DNA from: an uncultured Gemmatimonadales bacterium
Lineage (GTDB): Bacteria > Gemmatimonadota > Gemmatimonadetes > Gemmatimonadales > Gemmatimonadaceae
NCBI GenBank assembly: GCA_963793305.1
Contig: CAWBZV010000005.1
Span: 960,001-1,024,000, forward strand
Direction: 5' to 3'
Length of the DNA: 64,000 nt
Within the stretch, counting starts at the first letter, position 1. Each line of letters begins with the position of its first letter. Shown in pieces: positions 1 to 9,741 of the stretch. The position numbers and the translations under genes were made by a program. Under the pieces are notes generated by a model. The model did no database searches. It had not been told where the DNA came from and saw only the letters and a list, made by a program, of their open reading frames with translations.

Positions 1-456
1 ACGTTCGGTTGCAACAATGGATTGATTCTGGCTGGCGCCCGCGTCTACTACGCGATGGCGAAGGATGCGCTGTTCTTCAAGCGCGTCGGAACCTTGAGCG
101 ACCGCGGCGTGCCCGCGGGCGCGCTCATCGTCCAGGCGATCTGGACCACGCTCCTCTGTCTCACCGGAACGTACAGCCAGCTCCTGACCTATGTGATCTT
201 CGCCGCCCTCGTCTTTTATGCGCTGACGACGGTCGGCCTCTTCGTGCTTCGCGCACGTCGCCCGGACGCCGAGCGTCCGTACCGGGCGATCGGGTATCCC
301 GTCTTGCCGGCGCTCTACATTGTGCTCGCATCAGCGATTTCGATCGCACTGCTGATTGCGGACAAGACACGCGCCCAGTCGCTCATCGGGCTCGCGCTCG
401 TCCTCATCGGCGTGCCCGTGTACTACGCGTGGCAGCGCCTTTCCCACTCAAACTGA
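1..456 (+). CDS. APC-family amino acid permease, 5'-truncated by window edge
   Basis: Frame open from base 1; ARVYYAMAKD..FF and RPYRAIGYP motifs; multiple TM segments. Confidence 0.88.
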   Translation, partial: TFGCNNGLILAGARVYYAMAKDALFFKRVGTLSDRGVPAGALIVQAIWTTLLCLTGTYSQLLTYVIFAALVFYALTTVGLFVLRARRPDAERPYRAIGYPVLPALYIVLASAISIALLIADKTRAQSLIGLALVLIGVPVYYAWQRLSHSN

Positions 457-460
457 TATC

Positions 461-2611
461 ATGAATCCATCGCAGTCCCAACTGCTCGGTCTCGTCTTGG
501 GTCTGAGCGTTCTCGCGCTCGGCTTCGCCCTCTGGCTCTCCCGATGGGTGCTCGCCCGCCAGCGCGGGAAGCCCGAGATGCAAAAGATCTCCGATGCGAT
601 CCAGCAAGGCGCCGAAGCATTCTTGGCGCGTCAGTATCGGACCATCACGCTCCTCTCGATTGTCGTGGCGGCGGTGATTTACGTGGGTTACGGCTATCTC
701 CGTACGCCGAACTCCGCCGACCCGGTTGGTGACCCGAAGTCGCTAGCGCTGTACATCACGGTGTCTTTCCTCCTCGGCGCCCTGTCGTCAGGGATCGCCG
801 GCTACATGGGAATGTGGGTGTCGATCCGCGCCAATATCCGGGTCGCGGCCGCCGCCCTGTCATCGCTCAACGATGCGCTCCAGGTCGCGCTGCGCTCCGG
901 AGCGGTCGCCGGCCTGTTCGTTGTCGCGATGTCATTACTCGGCGTGGGCGGTCTGTTCTGGATCCTGACCCTGCTCGGCGTCGGCTCGAAGCAAATTCCA
1001 TTTCTGATCGTCGGGTTCGGCTTCGGCGCGTCGTTCGTCGCGCTGTTCGCCCAGCTCGGCGGCGGTATCTATACGAAGGCGGCCGACGTCGGCGCCGACC
1101 TCGTTGGAAAAGTCGAAGCGGGGATCCCCGAGGACGACCCGCGCAATCCGGCGGTGATCGCCGACCTCGTTGGCGATAACGTTGGCGACTGCGCCGGCCG
1201 CGGCGCCGATTTGTTCGAGTCGACGGCGGCCGAGAACATTGGCGCGATGATCCTGGGTGTGCTGCTGTTCCCGTACTTTGGCGTGGCGGGGATTCTGTTC
1301 CCGCTGGTCGTCGGCGCGATCGGGCTGGTCGCGTCGATCATCGGCGTATTGAGCGTACGGACGCGAGAAGACGGCGATCCGATGCAGGCCCTCAATCGCG
1401 GATTCTATCTGACGGCAGTGCTCGCGTTGATCGGATTCGCGGCGGTCAGCCGGCTCCTGCTCAACACGCCGCAGGCGCCGAATGCCTGGTGGCACTTTTT
1501 CTTGTGCGGGTGCATCGGCCTCGCGACGGCGTTCTCGTTCCTGCTGATCACGCAGTACTACACGGCGTATCAGTACAAGCCGGTCAAGGATATCGCCGAA
1601 GCGAGCCAGACGGGACCGGCCACGAACATCATTTCGGGCCTGGCCGTCGGCATGGAAGCGACGGTGCTCCCGGTGTTCGCGATCGCCATCGCGATCGTGC
1701 TGAGTTATTTCCTCGGCCGGTCGAGCGGTCTCGTCAACGCCGCGGGCGAGCAGATCGGTGGCCTCTATGGCACGGCCTCGGCGACAATGGGCATGCTCGG
1801 CGCCTGCGGCTATATCCTGGCCATGGACATGTTCGGCCCGATCACCGACAACGCCGGCGGCATCATCGAGATGTCGCAGCAGCCCGAGTCCGTCCGCACG
1901 ATCACGGACCGGCTCGACGCGGTCGGCAATACGACGAAAGCCCTCACCAAGGGCTACGCGATCGGATCGGCCGCGCTGGCCGCGTTCCTGTTGTTCTCCG
2001 CGTACCTCGATGAAGTGTTCAACTACACGCACCAACACATCACCGTCAACGTCGCGCGTCCAGAGCTCTGGGTTGCTGGCCTCCTCGGCGCGATGCTGGT
2101 CTTCTGGTTCACGTCGTTGGCGATCAAGGCCGTCGGTCGTGCCGCGTACGCGGTCATCACCGAAGTCCGGCGCCAGTTCAAAGAAAAACCAGGGATCATG
2201 AAGGGCACGGAACAGCCCGACTACGGCAGGGCGGTCGATATTGTCACCGTCGCGGCGCTCCGCGAGATGATCGTCCCCGGAGTCCTCGTCGTCGGATTCC
2301 CGATCGTCGTCGGCCTGGGTTTCAAGATGGTCGGCGCCGGCGCCGAAGCGGTCGCGGCATTCTTGATGATCGCGACGATCGCCGGCATTCTCATGGCCCT
2401 CTTCCTGAACACCGGCGGTGGCGCGTGGGATAATGCGAAGAAGTACATCGAGACCGGCGTCTACGGTGGCAAGCGCTCGGACGCGCACAAAGCCGCGGTC
2501 GTCGGTGATACGGTCGGTGATCCGTTCAAAGATACCGCGGGGCCGTCGTTGCACGTGCTGATCAAGCTCCTCAGCACGATCACGCTCGTGCTCGCGCCGC
2601 TGTTCATTTAG
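461..2611 (+). CDS. hppA: Membrane-bound H+-translocating pyrophosphatase, K+-independent type
   Basis: GGGIYTKAADVGADLVGKVE, DNVGD and GDTVGDPFKD motifs; GNTTKA (Lys) marks K+-independence; start set at ATG 461 after upstream stop. Confidence 0.96.
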   Translation: MNPSQSQLLGLVLGLSVLALGFALWLSRWVLARQRGKPEMQKISDAIQQGAEAFLARQYRTITLLSIVVAAVIYVGYGYLRTPNSADPVGDPKSLALYITVSFLLGALSSGIAGYMGMWVSIRANIRVAAAALSSLNDALQVALRSGAVAGLFVVAMSLLGVGGLFWILTLLGVGSKQIPFLIVGFGFGASFVALFAQLGGGIYTKAADVGADLVGKVEAGIPEDDPRNPAVIADLVGDNVGDCAGRGADLFESTAAENIGAMILGVLLFPYFGVAGILFPLVVGAIGLVASIIGVLSVRTREDGDPMQALNRGFYLTAVLALIGFAAVSRLLLNTPQAPNAWWHFFLCGCIGLATAFSFLLITQYYTAYQYKPVKDIAEASQTGPATNIISGLAVGMEATVLPVFAIAIAIVLSYFLGRSSGLVNAAGEQIGGLYGTASATMGMLGACGYILAMDMFGPITDNAGGIIEMSQQPESVRTITDRLDAVGNTTKALTKGYAIGSAALAAFLLFSAYLDEVFNYTHQHITVNVARPELWVAGLLGAMLVFWFTSLAIKAVGRAAYAVITEVRRQFKEKPGIMKGTEQPDYGRAVDIVTVAALREMIVPGVLVVGFPIVVGLGFKMVGAGAEAVAAFLMIATIAGILMALFLNTGGGAWDNAKKYIETGVYGGKRSDAHKAAVVGDTVGDPFKDTAGPSLHVLIKLLSTITLVLAPLFI

Positions 2612-2614
2612 CCG

Positions 2615-4103
2615 ATGGCGAGCGTCGTCCAGGAGTGCTTCGAGCGTAAGCCGATCGCCGAGCTCGTCGCGGAGGGTGAAGGCAAGCTCAAACGCGCGCT
2701 CGGCGTCCGCGATCTCATCGCGCTGTCGATCGGCGCCGTCATCGGCGCGGGTATCTTCGGATCGATCGGCACGGCGACCGCGGGGCAACTGGACGCGGCC
2801 GGCCACGTGATACGCAGCGGGGCCGGCCCAGCCGTCATTTTCTCGTTTATTCTGTCCGCGTTCGCGTGTGCGCTGGCGGGCCTCTGCTACGCCGAGCTGT
2901 CGGCGATGATCCCGCAAGCGGGCAGTGCCTATGCCTACTCGTACGCGACGCTCGGCGAGCTCGTCGCCTGGATCATCGGCTGGGACCTGATCCTCGAGTA
3001 CGCGGTCGGCAACGTCGCCGTGGCGATCAACTGGGCAGGTTATTTCCGGTCGTTGCTCGGCGGCATCGGTCTCGCGATGCCGGAATGGCTCTGTACGGGA
3101 TACCGAACGGCGCTCCTCTCGCCGGACCCGGCCATCCACGGCATGCTCAACACGGCGCCGCACGTGTTCGGGATCCCCATCCTGCTGAACGTCCCGGCGT
3201 TCGGCATCGTGGCGTTGATCACGTGTCTGTTGCTGCTCGGGGTGCGCGAAAGCGCGCGCGTGAACAACGGCCTGGTGTTGATCAAGCTCATCGTCCTGGC
3301 GCTGTTCGTCTTTGCGGGCTTCTCGCACATCCATCGCGAGAACTACCACCCGTTCGCGCCGAACGGATTCACCGGCATCCACCACGGCGCCGCGATCATC
3401 TTCTTCGCCTACATCGGATTCGACGCGATTTCGACGGCGGCCGAGGAGACCAAGAACCCGCAACGGAACATGCCGCTCGGCATCCTGCTGGGGCTCGGAC
3501 TGTGTACGGTGATTTATATCATCGTCGGCACGGTCCTCGTCGGGCATGGTTCCGGCGGCGAAACTCGGCGTCGACGATCCCCTCGCCGTGGCGCTCCAGG
3601 CATCGGGGATGTCGGGCGCGGCCAACCTCGTCTCGCTCGGGGCCATCTTCGCGCTGGCCGCCGTGCTGCTCGTCTTCCAATACGGACAGCCGCGCATCTT
3701 CTTCGCGATGGCGCGCGATGGACTACTCCCGAAGTGGGCATCGCACATCCATCCCCGATTCCGCACGCCGTGGGCGACGACGATCGCGACCGGCATCTTC
3801 GTCGGCCTCTGGTCGCTGATCGGCGATGCCGGTGAGACGTACGACCTCACCAACATCGGCACGCTGTTCGCGTTCGTCCTGGTCTGCTTCGGCGTCCTCG
3901 CGCTCCGGTACAAAGAACCCGAGCGCCCGCGGCCGTTCAGAGTGCCGTTCGTCTGGCCCGTTGCGCTGGGCGGAGCGGCCGCCTGCGTCTACCTCATGGC
4001 CGGCCTCCCGAACGTGGCCTGGACACGGTTCGGCGTCTGGCTGGTGATCGGCCTCGTGCTCTACTTCCTGTACGGCATCCGGAAGTCGGCGCTCCGCCGG
4101 TAA
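2615..4103 (+). CDS. Cationic amino acid (APC) permease, split by +1 frameshift at ~3542-3544
   Basis: IGAGIF, GSAYAYSY and FFAYIGFD motifs; removing one G joins ..VLVG to MVPAAKLG..PRIFFAMARDGLLP. Confidence 0.9.
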
Positions 4104-4107
4104 CGCT

Positions 4108-5361
4108 ATGCGCAAAGGCTTAACGCAGGCGATCGTCATCGCATTGATCGTCGGCGTTGCCATCGGGGCGTGGCTGCCCTCGGTCGGTATCGCGATCGAG
4201 CCGCTCGGGACTGTGTTCCTGCGGATGATCAAGTCGCTCGTGGTCCCCCTGATCTTCGCGACGCTGGTCGTCGGGATCGCGGGGCAGGGCAGCGACATGC
4301 GCGGAGTCGGCCGCCTCGCGTTGCGGTCGATCATCTACTTCGAGGTCGTGACGACGCTGGCCCTCGTCATCGGCCTCTTCGTCGTCGATGTCATGCGCCC
4401 TGGCGCTGGTGTGTCCCTAACGGCGGTCACATCGGAGCAGGGCACCGAGCTCGCGTCCAAGATGACGACGTTCTCCGGCTTTCTCGAGCACGTCGTGCCG
4501 CAGAGTTTCGTCGACGCGGCCGCGCACAACGAAGCGCTCCAGATCGTCTTCTGGTCGATTCTGTTCGCCGTCGCGCTCACCCGCGTCAAACCGGCGCCAC
4601 GCTTGACGATGCTGGCGTTCTGCGAGAGCCTGGCGGAAGTCACATTCCGGATGGTCGACCTCGTCATGCTCTTCGCGCCGATCGGGATCGGGGCCGCGAT
4701 CGCGGCGACGATCGGCCATCACGGGCTCGGCGTGCTCGGCAGCCTCGGCAAGCTGGTGTTGACCCTCTACGTCGCGCTCGTGCTGTTCGTCGTCCTCGTC
4801 CTGCTGCCGGTCGCCGTCGCGGCGCGGGTGCCAGTCCGCGCCTTTCTCAAGGCGGTTCGCGAGCCCGCGCTGATCGCGTTCTCGACATCGACGTCCGAGG
4901 CCGCGCTCCCCAGCTCGCTCGAGCAGATGGAAACGTTCGGCGTGCCGCGCCGCATCGTCGCGTTCGTGATCCCGACCGGATACTCGTTCAATCTCGCGGG
5001 CAGCACGCTCTATCTCGCCGTCACGGCATTGTTCGCCGCCCAGGCCGGTGGAGTGGCGATGCCGCTCTCGCGTCAGGTGGTCATGATGCTGACGCTGATG
5101 CTGACGAGCAAAGGCGTCGCCGGCGTGTCGCGCGCCGGGCTCGTCATCCTGGCCGGAGCGCTCGCGGAGTTTGGTCTTCCCGTGCAGGCCGTCGCGCTCA
5201 TCCTGGGCGTCGACGTGTTCATGGACATGGCGCGCACGACGGTCAACGTCGTCGGCAACTGCCTGGCGTCAGCCGTTCTCGCCCGTTGGGAGGACCGCGG
5301 TCAAATACCGGAGGGAATGCCGCACGGCGCCCCGAGCGGGGACAACCTCCCCAGCCTTTAA
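4108..5361 (+). CDS. Dicarboxylate/amino acid:cation symporter (GltP/DctA family)
   Basis: FLRMIKSLVVPLIF, FSTSTSEAALP, PTGYSFNLAG and DMARTTVNVVGN motifs. Confidence 0.93.
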   Translation: MRKGLTQAIVIALIVGVAIGAWLPSVGIAIEPLGTVFLRMIKSLVVPLIFATLVVGIAGQGSDMRGVGRLALRSIIYFEVVTTLALVIGLFVVDVMRPGAGVSLTAVTSEQGTELASKMTTFSGFLEHVVPQSFVDAAAHNEALQIVFWSILFAVALTRVKPAPRLTMLAFCESLAEVTFRMVDLVMLFAPIGIGAAIAATIGHHGLGVLGSLGKLVLTLYVALVLFVVLVLLPVAVAARVPVRAFLKAVREPALIAFSTSTSEAALPSSLEQMETFGVPRRIVAFVIPTGYSFNLAGSTLYLAVTALFAAQAGGVAMPLSRQVVMMLTLMLTSKGVAGVSRAGLVILAGALAEFGLPVQAVALILGVDVFMDMARTTVNVVGNCLASAVLARWEDRGQIPEGMPHGAPSGDNLPSL

Positions 5362-6210
5362 GAGCGCGCCAGGCACCGCGGTCGTCAGCCTTCGCTCGAA
5401 TCGGCTCCTGAAGGACCCACGCGACAGCAACCCGCCCACGACCGCGACTGGCGTCGCCGCCCGCTCGTCGGTGAAGAGGTGCCGGGCCAGGGCCCTCACG
5501 TGCAGCACCAGCTCTTCGATGGCGAATGCCACCAACGTCTCGGCCCTCGCATCGCCAGCATCGGCGCAATGAATGACCGCCGGAGCGAGTGCGGCGAGAT
5601 CGGCGGCGGTGGCCCGGGCCGCCCACGGGATGAGCGCCTCGACCGAGTCGACCACCGCCGCTGTCAAAATCGCACCGGTTAGCGCGGTCTCGGCCTCTCG
5701 CCCATCGGCCGCGGCGCCGACGATGCCGAGCGCTCTCCGGCTCAGCCAGACGCCACTGCCCTCGTCGCCGAACACGGGTCCCCACCCGCCGCAGCGCGCC
5801 AGCACGCCAGTCGGCCCGCGGCCCAGCGCCATCGATCCAGTACCGGCGATGAGGAGCACACCGGGTCCCTCGCCGAACGCATCCTCGAGCGCAATCGTCG
5901 CGTCCGCGTGCACGACGACTTCGTCGGCGACATCGCGCGCGACCAGCGCCTGCCAGAGCGCGTCCCGCTCCGACGGTCGCCCGCCTCCGGCCACGCCAAT
6001 GACCGCGACGGCGGGCATGGCGTCCACTTCGGCCTCGACCAGCGCCTGGCGAATAGCCCCGGCGATGAGGTCGGCCGAGCGTTCGATCTCTCCGGGTTGG
6101 ATGGCGCTGGGGCCGGCATCGAGGCTCCCGATCTCGGTGCCTTTGGCATCCGCGACCAATACACGGGTCTTGGACCCACCCCCATCGACGCCGACGACTA
6201 TTTGATTCAC
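5269..6210 (-). CDS. BadF/BadG/BcrA/BcrD ATPase-family sugar kinase (GlcNAc/MurNAc kinase-like)
   Basis: GVDGGGSKT, IAGTGS and GGWGPVFGDEGSG motifs; GTG 6210 overlaps upstream TGA. Confidence 0.88.
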   Translation of the reverse strand: MNQIVVGVDGGGSKTRVLVADAKGTEIGSLDAGPSAIQPGEIERSADLIAGAIRQALVEAEVDAMPAVAVIGVAGGGRPSERDALWQALVARDVADEVVVHADATIALEDAFGEGPGVLLIAGTGSMALGRGPTGVLARCGGWGPVFGDEGSGVWLSRRALGIVGAAADGREAETALTGAILTAAVVDSVEALIPWAARATAADLAALAPAVIHCADAGDARAETLVAFAIEELVLHVRALARHLFTDERAATPVAVVGGLLSRGSFRSRFERRLTTAVPGALLKAGEVVPARGAVRHSLRYLTAVLPTGENG

Positions 6211-7649
6211 GTATGGCTCCACGACGAAACAATACCGGCTGCCAGTGTGATCGTGGTGCCGATCAACACGTACCACGGCCACGCGATGTGCCGTGCTACC
6301 GGCGGATAGAACACGACGACCGCCATCGTGACAAGCCCGACCGCCATCCCGATAATCGCATCCCGCTGTTTCGCCCGCGTCCAAACGAGCGCCAGAAAAA
6401 ATGCTCCCAGGAGGGCGCCGTACGTGAAGCTGGCTATACTGAGGGCGACGGCTACCACCGGCGTCCCTTGAGCGCGATACAGCAGCGCGCCACCGGTGAG
6501 CACGACGCCCCAGGCAAGAGTGAACAGTCTCGCCATCTTGAGCACGTGGGGATCTTCTGGCTTCCGCCCCGACATGGGCAGGTAGATGTCGTGCGTCGTC
6601 GACGCGGCCAACGAATTAATGGCCCCGGAATGCGTGCTCATAGTCGCTGCCAATATCGCGGCGACGACAAGTCCGACCAGTCCGGGTGGCATGTGCTGCA
6701 GGATGAACGTCGGGAAGACGTCATCGGGCCGATGGAACACGCGCCCCTGATATACCGCGTAGAGCCCGGTCCCGATGATCAGAAACAGCGTGAATTGCAC
6801 CAGCACGACGAACCCGCTCCCGATGAGCGCTCTCCGTGCATCCCGCAGCGACGAAGCGGCCAGAAGCCTTTGCACGATGAGCTGGTCGGCCCCATGGGAC
6901 GCCATGGTCAAGAACGCCCCGCCGAACAGCCCAGCCCACAGCGTATATGGCTGCGCGAGATCCATGGACGTATTGATGACCCGCAGCTTTCCCGCCGCGG
7001 CCGCGTGGGCGAAGATGGTCGACCAGTTGCCGATGAGCATGACGGCCGCGATGCCACCGATCAAATACACGCTCGTCTGTATGACGTCCGTCCAGATGAC
7101 CGCGCGCATGCCACCCTGGTACGTGTAAAACACCGTCAATGCGCCGAGGATGAGAATGGCGATCGGCATGACGAGCGCCGGGCGCAGTGTCGTGGCGAGG
7201 ATGAGCGAGATAGGGATGGCGGTCGCGAAGACCCGTACCGAGTCAGCCAGCCCGCGGGTGACCATGAAAACGACCGATGCGAATCGCCGCGCCCCGAGGC
7301 CGAATCGGCGTTCGAGCAGCGCGTACGCGGTGACCAGCTCCCCCTGGAAGTAGCGCGGCAAGAGCGTGTAGGCGACGATCGTCCGGCCGATGACGTAGCC
7401 AAACGCCAGCTGCAAGAACGAGAAGTCACCGAGATACGCGACGCTGGGGATGGAAATGAACGTGATGGCGCTGGTCTCGGTGGCGACGACCGAGATGAGC
7501 ACAGCCCACCACGGAATGGCGTGATTGGCGACGAAGTAATCTCGGGAATCTTTCTGGCGCCGGCCGAGCCAGAGCCCGACGGCCGTCGTGCCCGCCAGGT
7601 AGGCGAGCAGGACGGCCAGGTCGGCGGGAGTGAACGCCGAGCGGACTAT
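6207..7649 (-). CDS. Sodium:solute symporter (SSS family); start uncertain, possibly ATA at 7649
   Basis: DYFVANHAIPWWAVLISVVATETS, GGMRAVIWTD and DQLIVQRLL motifs; first TM helix lies upstream of the first GTG (7502). Confidence 0.88.
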   Translation of the reverse strand: MVRSAFTPADLAVLLAYLAGTTAVGLWLGRRQKDSRDYFVANHAIPWWAVLISVVATETSAITFISIPSVAYLGDFSFLQLAFGYVIGRTIVAYTLLPRYFQGELVTAYALLERRFGLGARRFASVVFMVTRGLADSVRVFATAIPISLILATTLRPALVMPIAILILGALTVFYTYQGGMRAVIWTDVIQTSVYLIGGIAAVMLIGNWSTIFAHAAAAGKLRVINTSMDLAQPYTLWAGLFGGAFLTMASHGADQLIVQRLLAASSLRDARRALIGSGFVVLVQFTLFLIIGTGLYAVYQGRVFHRPDDVFPTFILQHMPPGLVGLVVAAILAATMSTHSGAINSLAASTTHDIYLPMSGRKPEDPHVLKMARLFTLAWGVVLTGGALLYRAQGTPVVAVALSIASFTYGALLGAFFLALVWTRAKQRDAIIGMAVGLVTMAVVVFYPPVARHIAWPWYVLIGTTITLAAGIVSSWSHT

Positions 7650-8002
7650 GCGGAGAAGGAGCTACCGCAGCCGCAGCCGCCGGTCGAGTTCGGATTCTTG
7701 AAGACGAACCCCGAACCTTGCATGGACGTCGTATAGTCGATCGTCACATTTTGCAGGTACTGCGCGGAGAACGGATCGACAAACACCCTGAAGCCGTCGG
7801 CCTCGACGATGAAGTCATCCTCGGCGCTCTGATCCTCGATCAGCAACCCATACTTGAAGCCGCTGCAGCCGCCGGGTTGGACGCTGACCCGAAGTCCACC
7901 GACCTCAGGCGCCACGCCCTCGGTCTCCATGAACTTCTTGACCTCGGCGCAGGCCACCGGCGTGACAGCGAGCGCGACATCGGGCTGTTGCGTTGTGCTC
8001 AT
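7646..8002 (-). CDS. IscA/HesB/ErpA A-type Fe-S cluster carrier
   Basis: GGCSGFKY and C-terminal GCGCGSSF; GGAGGAG SD-like sequence upstream. Confidence 0.95.
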   Translation of the reverse strand: MSTTQQPDVALAVTPVACAEVKKFMETEGVAPEVGGLRVSVQPGGCSGFKYGLLIEDQSAEDDFIVEADGFRVFVDPFSAQYLQNVTIDYTTSMQGSGFVFKNPNSTGGCGCGSSFSA

Positions 8003-9735
8003 CCTTCACTCCTCCTCGTATCCTCTGAATATATCCGAAACGACCGTCCGATCCAAGCAAAAGCCACTATGGCCACAGCAATTAACCCCAACCCAGCCCC
8101 AGTTTCCTTGAAGACGAGCTTCCCAATGCCAAACAGGGTGGCGTACACTGCCACAATGCCGGCCACCCAATTCGCCCATGCAGGGCCCCATTGGGTGTCG
8201 TAGGGCCTCACGCGTTTGATAAAAGCATCGATCACCTGGGCCGGTTCCTTGGGCGTCAGCAGGGTTACCGAGAGCCAGATGACCGTCGTCGCCCCGACAG
8301 TCACAATCATGACCCAGGCGTCGGCATTGGGGTCCCCGGGCGCGAACCTCGGGAAGATCGTCTGCATGGCGATAGTCGAAATAACCAGCGACCCGATCAT
8401 CGCACTGAGCTCAGACCAAGCATTAATCCTCATCCAGTACCACCGAAGAATGAGCACCAACCCGGTGCCGGCCCCTATCGCCAATAGGTACTTCTGCACC
8501 CGCTCGATCGATCCGAGCTGAGTCGTGACGGCGATCGCGACGGCAAATAACCCGATAGTCGCCAGGCGAGAAGCGGCCACGTAATGCTTGTCGCTGGCGT
8601 CGCGACGAATAAACCGCTTGTAAAAATCGTTGACGAGGTACGACGCCCCCCAGTTCAACTGGGTCCCGATCGTCGACATATACGCCGCGGCAAACCCGGC
8701 CATCATGACTCCGCGCCAGGGCGTTGGCAGCAGATCGACGTACGCGTGCACGTACCCGGATTCTTTGTCGACCAGGTTGGGATACAAAATGACCGTGGCG
8801 AGCCCGGTCACGATCCAGGGCCATGGTCGCAGCGCATAATGCGCAACCTGAAAGAGCAGGGTGGCGAGCACCCCATCGCGCTCGGTCTTGGCCGCGAAGA
8901 TGCGCTGCGCAACGTATCCACCGCCCCCCGGCTCGGCGCCGGGATACCACGATGCCCACCATTGCACGGCGATGAACACGCTGATGGTGAGCAATGGCAT
9001 CCAGGCATAGGCCTGGAAGCCATGAGGACCGTGAGCGATTGGCAGCACGGACAACGCGGCCGTCTCGCTCCCGAAATGCGCGGTCACGCCCGCCTTGAGC
9101 TTGTCGATGCCGCCCACGGCGTGCACCGCATACACGGCGAGCACAATGACCGCGCCCATCTTGATGATGAACTGCACGAGATCGGTCCACAGCACGGCCC
9201 ACAGTCCGCCCGCGGCGGCATACAGCACCGTCGCGGCAAAGCAGATGGCCACGGCCGTGATCGGATTGATGCCAAGCGAGATCGTCAGAATCTTGATCAT
9301 GGCGCGGGTGACCCAGCCCATGATCAGCACGTTCATGAGCAGTCCGAGATACAGCGCTCGAAATCCGCGCAGCACCGCGGCCGGCTTGCCCGAGTAGCGA
9401 ATCTCGGCGAACTCGACGTCGGTCATCACGCCGGAACGGCGCCAGAGCCGCGCGAAGAAGAACACGGTCAGCATGCCGCTCATGACCATGTTCCACCAGA
9501 GCCAGTTGCCGGCCACGCCGTGATTCGCGACCAGCCCGGTGACGAGCAGGGGAGTGTCAGCCGCGAACGTGGTTGCGACCATAGAGGTCCCCGCGAGCCA
9601 CCACGGGACGTCCCGGCCCGACAGGAAGTACTCGTTCAGGCTCTCGCCGCCGCGCTTCGTAAAGACGAGGCCCACGATCGTCGAGAACGCGAAGTACGCG
9701 GCGACGATGGCCCAGTCCAAAGCGTGTAGATTCAT
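7999..9735 (-). CDS. Sodium:solute symporter (SSS family)
   Basis: YFLSGRDVPWWLAGTSMVATTFAADTP and GGLWAVLWTD motifs; many TM segments. Confidence 0.92.
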   Translation of the reverse strand: MNLHALDWAIVAAYFAFSTIVGLVFTKRGGESLNEYFLSGRDVPWWLAGTSMVATTFAADTPLLVTGLVANHGVAGNWLWWNMVMSGMLTVFFFARLWRRSGVMTDVEFAEIRYSGKPAAVLRGFRALYLGLLMNVLIMGWVTRAMIKILTISLGINPITAVAICFAATVLYAAAGGLWAVLWTDLVQFIIKMGAVIVLAVYAVHAVGGIDKLKAGVTAHFGSETAALSVLPIAHGPHGFQAYAWMPLLTISVFIAVQWWASWYPGAEPGGGGYVAQRIFAAKTERDGVLATLLFQVAHYALRPWPWIVTGLATVILYPNLVDKESGYVHAYVDLLPTPWRGVMMAGFAAAYMSTIGTQLNWGASYLVNDFYKRFIRRDASDKHYVAASRLATIGLFAVAIAVTTQLGSIERVQKYLLAIGAGTGLVLILRWYWMRINAWSELSAMIGSLVISTIAMQTIFPRFAPGDPNADAWVMIVTVGATTVIWLSVTLLTPKEPAQVIDAFIKRVRPYDTQWGPAWANWVAGIVAVYATLFGIGKLVFKETGAGLGLIAVAIVAFAWIGRSFRIYSEDTRRSEG

Positions 9736-9741
9736 GCCCGA

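Noticed and set aside
356..460. N-terminal extensions in the ORF track (hppA 356, kinase 6384, hcp 26358, smpB 29488, spoT 58331)
   Set aside because: Overlap upstream genes or add non-homologous sequence; downstream starts fit SD or stop-start coupling better
935..3913. 992-aa minus-strand ORF
   Set aside because: Antisense shadow of hppA and the permease; Arg/Asp-rich, no motifs, expected with high GC3
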